In this document: one piece after another, positions 60,551 to 64,000 of the stretch | Numbering within the stretch: position 1 is the first letter of the stretch | Layout: each line of letters begins with the position of its first letter | From: Anaeromyxobacter sp. | Lineage (GTDB): Bacteria; Myxococcota; Myxococcia; Myxococcales; Anaeromyxobacteraceae | Length of the DNA: 64,000 nucleotides | Direction: 5' to 3' | Assembly: GCA_049840735.1 (NCBI GenBank) | Contig: JASGJN010000013.1 | Location: forward strand, 761,897 to 825,896 | The notes under the pieces: generated by a model | Told to the model about the DNA's origin: nothing | What the model saw: only the letters and a program-made list of their open reading frames with translations | Databases searched by the model: none | Position numbers and translations under genes: made by a program

Positions 60551-61243
60551 TTGAAGGTCCTCATCTGCTGCGAGAGCGAGATCCTGCTTCAGCTGGCTGG
60601 CATGGCCCTGGAATCGGCGGGCCACCAGGTGGTGCTGGAGCGGAATGCACACGCGCTCGTACCCGAGGTGCCGGGGTCGGCGGCCCTGGTCGTCGACCAG
60701 GCCCTGGGCCGGCAGGCTGCGGCCCTGCTGCGCGATCGCGGCTTCTCCGGGCGGGCCCTGCTGGTGGGGGAGTCCGCCAGCGCGGAGCTGCCCAAGCTCG
60801 CCGCCGAGCTGAAGCTGGACGGGGCGGTGGCCGACCCCTGGGAGGAGGACTTCCCGCGCCGCTTCCTGGCGGCCCTGGAGTCGCGCCGCAAGGTGCTGAT
60901 CGTGGACGACTCGGAATCGTGGCCCGCCTGCTCCAGGAGGAGCTGGAGGCCAAGGGGTTCGACATCCAGTACGCGCCCGACGCCGAGAAGGCCACCTCCA
61001 TCATCTTGAAGCGCCAGACGCGGCCGGACCTGATCCTCCTGGACATCAACATGCCCAAGGTGGACGGGGCCCAGTTCTGCCGGTTCGTGAAGAAGAACGA
61101 GATGTTCAGGTCGAATCAAGGTCCTCTTCTGCTCCGGGGAGGATCGGGCCCGCGTCGAGCGGCTGGTCGCCGAGTGTGGCGCGGACGGCTACATCTCGAA
61201 GGGCGAGCTGCTGGGGCAGTGGATCGTGGACAACACGAACTGA
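60551..61243 (+). CDS. frzZ: Dual receiver-domain protein, FrzZ-like (compensating frameshifts 60914 and 61113)
   Basis: Divergent from cheW; second domain KVLIVDDS..PDLILLDINMP..VLFCS..GADGYISK; first domain degenerate. Confidence 0.8.
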
Positions 61244-61259
61244 CCAATCGTGGGCGGCG

Positions 61260-61287
61260 GGCCTCAGGCTTCAGGCCTCGGGCCTCG
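61260..61287. repeat. Heptamer tandem repeat (GGCYTCR)x4
   Basis: GGCCTCA GGCTTCA GGCCTCG GGCCTCG. Confidence 0.7.
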
Positions 61288-61321
61288 GGGGAGGCGCCTC
61301 TCGTACGCCTCCCGTCGATCC

Positions 61322-62273
61322 TCAAGAGCCATCCCGGCGTCCCTTCCCCCTCGGCGCAGCCTAGGTTCGCGGGCTCGTCCGGCCCCAGCGGCTCCAGCTT
61401 CACCACCGGTCCATCGCACACCGGCGCCCCTCCACCCAGGCCGAAAGTGGCCGCGGTCGCCTCCCTGGAATCCAGCAGGAGCAGCTCCGGCGGCCGGTCG
61501 TCGGCCAGGCCGCCGTCCAGCGCGGCGGCCCCGCAGGTCAGGCGCACGGTCGAGGCGGGCACGCGATATCGGTCGTCCCACGCGCCGCCGGTGAGCAGCG
61601 CCACGCCGCCGGGTGGGACCTCGCCGTCGGAGATGGCACACGAGGTCACACCGCCGGCCGAGGTGCGCTTGCCCAGCCGCCACCCGAAGAGCTCGAGCGC
61701 GCCCTCCCCGGCGTTCCAGAGTTCGACGTACTCGCCGCCGGCCTGCGGGGTGGCGGCGCGCGCGCGGACCTCGGTGAGGATGGGGCGCGGCGGCGGACCG
61801 GGCACGCCGCCGGTGGTGAAGCGGAAGACGGAGGGCCGGCGCCGCCCCTCCGCGTCCAGCACCGGCCCGCCGCCCACGGAGCGCAGCTGGCTGGAGAGCA
61901 CGAGCGCGTAGCCGGACCGGGCGCGCAGCGCCGCCTGCGGCCGCAGCACCGCGCGCCGCCCGCCGTCCTCCAGCGCGGGCCGGGCCGCCACCGCCGCCGC
62001 CAGCCCCGCCGCCCCCTGCTCCGACTCCACCGCCTCCACCGCCTCGCGGACCGCGGCCTCCGGCACCAGCACCAGCCGCAGGCCGTCGGCCAGCCCCTCC
62101 GGCGCGACCGCGCCGGTGAACGCAATCGCCGCCTCCGGCAGCTGCGGCGCCACCCCCTCGCCGGTCGGCAGCGCCTCCTGCACCCGCACCAGCGGCCCCG
62201 GCTCCGGGAGCCCGCCGCAGCCCAGCAGCAGCGCGCCCAGCGTGGCCAGGGCCCGGCCCCGCCGCGCGCTCAC
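61322..62273 (-). CDS. Lipoprotein with Ig-like and lamin-tail (LTD)-like domains; 3' end uncertain (called frame runs on to 61116)
   Basis: Lipobox LLG-C; PILTEV..GEYVELWN..LFGWRL LTD-like motif; GTPG near the end; GTGA overlap with the upstream gene. Confidence 0.65.
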
Positions 62274-62914
62274 GGCCCCGCCTCCCCCGCGCTGCTCCCG
62301 CCGGTGAGCACGTCCAGCTCCGCCCCCAGCCGCGCCACCTCCAGCTCGGCGCGCGCCCGCGCCACCGGGTCGCCGGGCGGGGCCAGCAAGAGCTCCACCC
62401 GCAGCCGCAGCCGCTGGTGGTGCAGGGCGGTGGCGCGCAGCACGGCCTCGGCCCGCCGGCGCGCCCGCAGCTGCGCCGCCGCCGCAGCGGCCAGCTCGCC
62501 CGAGGGCGCCACCAGCGCCCCGAGGTCCCAGGTGGCCCGCACCATCCAGGTGGTGCCGGGGGCCAGGTGCTGGTAGTCCACCTCGCCCGAGCCCTGCAGC
62601 CCCACCGTCCGGTAGGACTGCTCGTCGTGCCGGTACTCGGCGGTGACGCGCGGCAGCAGCGCCGCGGCCCGCACGCGCCCCGGGACGTCGCGCGGGTCCG
62701 GCGCCGACCGGTCGAACTGGCGCGCCGCCGCCTCCTGCACCCGGCGGACCTCCGGCTCGTCGGCGGCGATGATGGCGATGGCCCGGAGCGCCAGCCGCTC
62801 CGCGGCCTCCGGGGTGAGGTCGGCGGCGGCCGGCGGAGCCGGGTCGGCGTGCGCGGCGGGCCCGGCCTGGCCGGCGGCCAGGAGCGCGCACCGGAGGAGG
62901 ATGAGCGGGGACAT
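62270..62914 (-). CDS. Hypothetical exported protein
   Basis: Signal-like N-terminus, host-like codon usage, VRATWDL and LDVLTGG motifs; coupled to the downstream gene. Confidence 0.6.
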   Translation of the reverse strand: MSPLILLRCALLAAGQAGPAAHADPAPPAAADLTPEAAERLALRAIAIIAADEPEVRRVQEAAARQFDRSAPDPRDVPGRVRAAALLPRVTAEYRHDEQSYRTVGLQGSGEVDYQHLAPGTTWMVRATWDLGALVAPSGELAAAAAAQLRARRRAEAVLRATALHHQRLRLRVELLLAPPGDPVARARAELEVARLGAELDVLTGGSSAGEAGP

Positions 62915-62971
62915 GGGCCGGGGACGAAGCACCTGGCGGGCCAGCCGGAAGTCGCTGCGCCCCAGCGCCGG

Positions 62972-64000
62972 TCACGGCCGGGATGGTCCGCGCGGCGGAC
63001 CTGCCGTCCAATCCGCGGACCGCGGCAGCTCCCCGCGCTCCAGCTCCTCCACCGTCCGCCCGGCGATCACCTTCGCCACGTGCGCGTTCATCCGGCGCTC
63101 CATGAAGGGGCGGCTGGCCTCGTCCAGCGACGAGATCCAGGCGCGGGCGGCGGAGACGTCGCCGGCCGCCAGCGCCCGGCGCAGCCCGCCCATGCGCGCC
63201 TCCAGCCCGGCTCGCTCCTCGCCCTCGACGAGCGCGCCGTCCTCGGCCAGCGCCGCCTCCAGCGCCGCGGTCAGCCGCTCGCCCTCCACGGCCGCCTCGC
63301 GCAGGAAGCGCTCGGCCACGTCGGCCTCGGCGTGGACCAGGCCCTCCTCGAGCATGCGCTCGACCTCCTCCTCGGAGAGGCCGTAGGTGGCCTTCACCTG
63401 CACCCGCTGCTCCACGCCGGTGAGCGCCTCGCGAGCGGTGACGTGCAGCAGGCCGTCGGCGTCCACCGCGCAGGTGATGGCCACGCGGGCCAGCCCGGCC
63501 GGCAGCGGCGGGATGCCGTGCAGGGTGAAGCGCGCCAGCGAGCGGCAGTCGCGGGCCAGCTCGCGCTCGCCCTGGACCACGTGCACCACCAGCCCGGTCT
63601 GCCCGTCGGCGTGGGTGGTGAACGCCTGGGTGGCGCTGGCGGGGAGCGTGCTGTTGCGCTCGATGAGCGGCTCCACCACCCCGCCCATCATCTCCACGCC
63701 CAGCGTGAGCGGCAGCACGTCCAGCAGCAGCAGGTCCTCGCGCCCGCCGCGGTCCAGCGCGTCGGCCTGCACCGCCGCGCCCAGCGCCACCACCGCGTCG
63801 GGGTCGAGGTCGCAGAGCGGCTCCTGCCCGAACAGCGCGCGCACGTGGGCGCGCACCAGCGGCGTGCGGGTGGCGCCGCCCACCAGCACCACGCCGTCCA
63901 GCCGCTCCACCCCGGCGTCGCGCAGCGCCTGCCGGCAGGGGGCGGCGGTACGCGCCACCACCGGCGCGATCAGCGCCTCCAGCGCCTCGCGCCGGAGCTC
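62972..64000 (-). CDS. hscA: Hsp70-family Fe-S assembly chaperone HscA (5' part outside window)
   Basis: LVGGATRTP, DPDAVVALGAAVQA, LLLLDVLPLTLGVEMMGG, HVVQGERELARDCRSLARF, VDADGLL. Confidence 0.85.
   Translation of the reverse strand, partial: ELRREALEALIAPVVARTAAPCRQALRDAGVERLDGVVLVGGATRTPLVRAHVRALFGQEPLCDLDPDAVVALGAAVQADALDRGGREDLLLLDVLPLTLGVEMMGGVVEPLIERNSTLPASATQAFTTHADGQTGLVVHVVQGERELARDCRSLARFTLHGIPPLPAGLARVAITCAVDADGLLHVTAREALTGVEQRVQVKATYGLSEEEVERMLEEGLVHAEADVAERFLREAAVEGERLTAALEAALAEDGALVEGEERAGLEARMGGLRRALAAGDVSAARAWISSLDEASRPFMERRMNAHVAKVIAGRTVEELERGELPRSADWTAGPPRGPSRP

Overview
High-GC window from an Anaeromyxobacter-like myxobacterium (Myxococcota); the taxon is inferred from gene content and order. 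It is dominated by a motility supercluster. The type IVa pilus locus contains pilBTC-pilSR, an oppositely oriented pilA-pilG-pilI-fimU-pilV-pilW-pilX-pilY1 block, pilH-pilD-pilS2R2, an XRE-HTH gene and pilMNOPQ. It is followed by mglC-efp-accBC-sgmX-ExeA-like ATPase-tamB-Omp85. About 5 kb beyond pilB lies a complete Frz-like chemosensory cluster (frzZ / frzA-B-CD-E-G-F plus a FrzX-like receiver), separated from it by yebC, a nucleoside-salvage operon containing a PilZ gene, and ribF. The left end carries ppx, a methyltransferase, a HAD phosphatase and a compositionally atypical DUF222-like/HNH nuclease gene bracketed by degenerate direct repeats; the right end carries part of hscA. Many genes are split by single-base frameshifts, and most of the clearly located ones fall on GATC sites read as GAATC/GATTC. 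This looks like a methylation-induced long-read consensus error rather than pseudogenisation. Most notable observations: the repeat-flanked HNH module, two in-frame palindromic repeat insertions inside pilQ, a composite hairpin element after pilY1, candidate PilR enhancer sites, and the GATC error signature. No rRNA, tRNA or CRISPR array was seen. All family assignments are from motif recognition and recalled gene order, not database searches.
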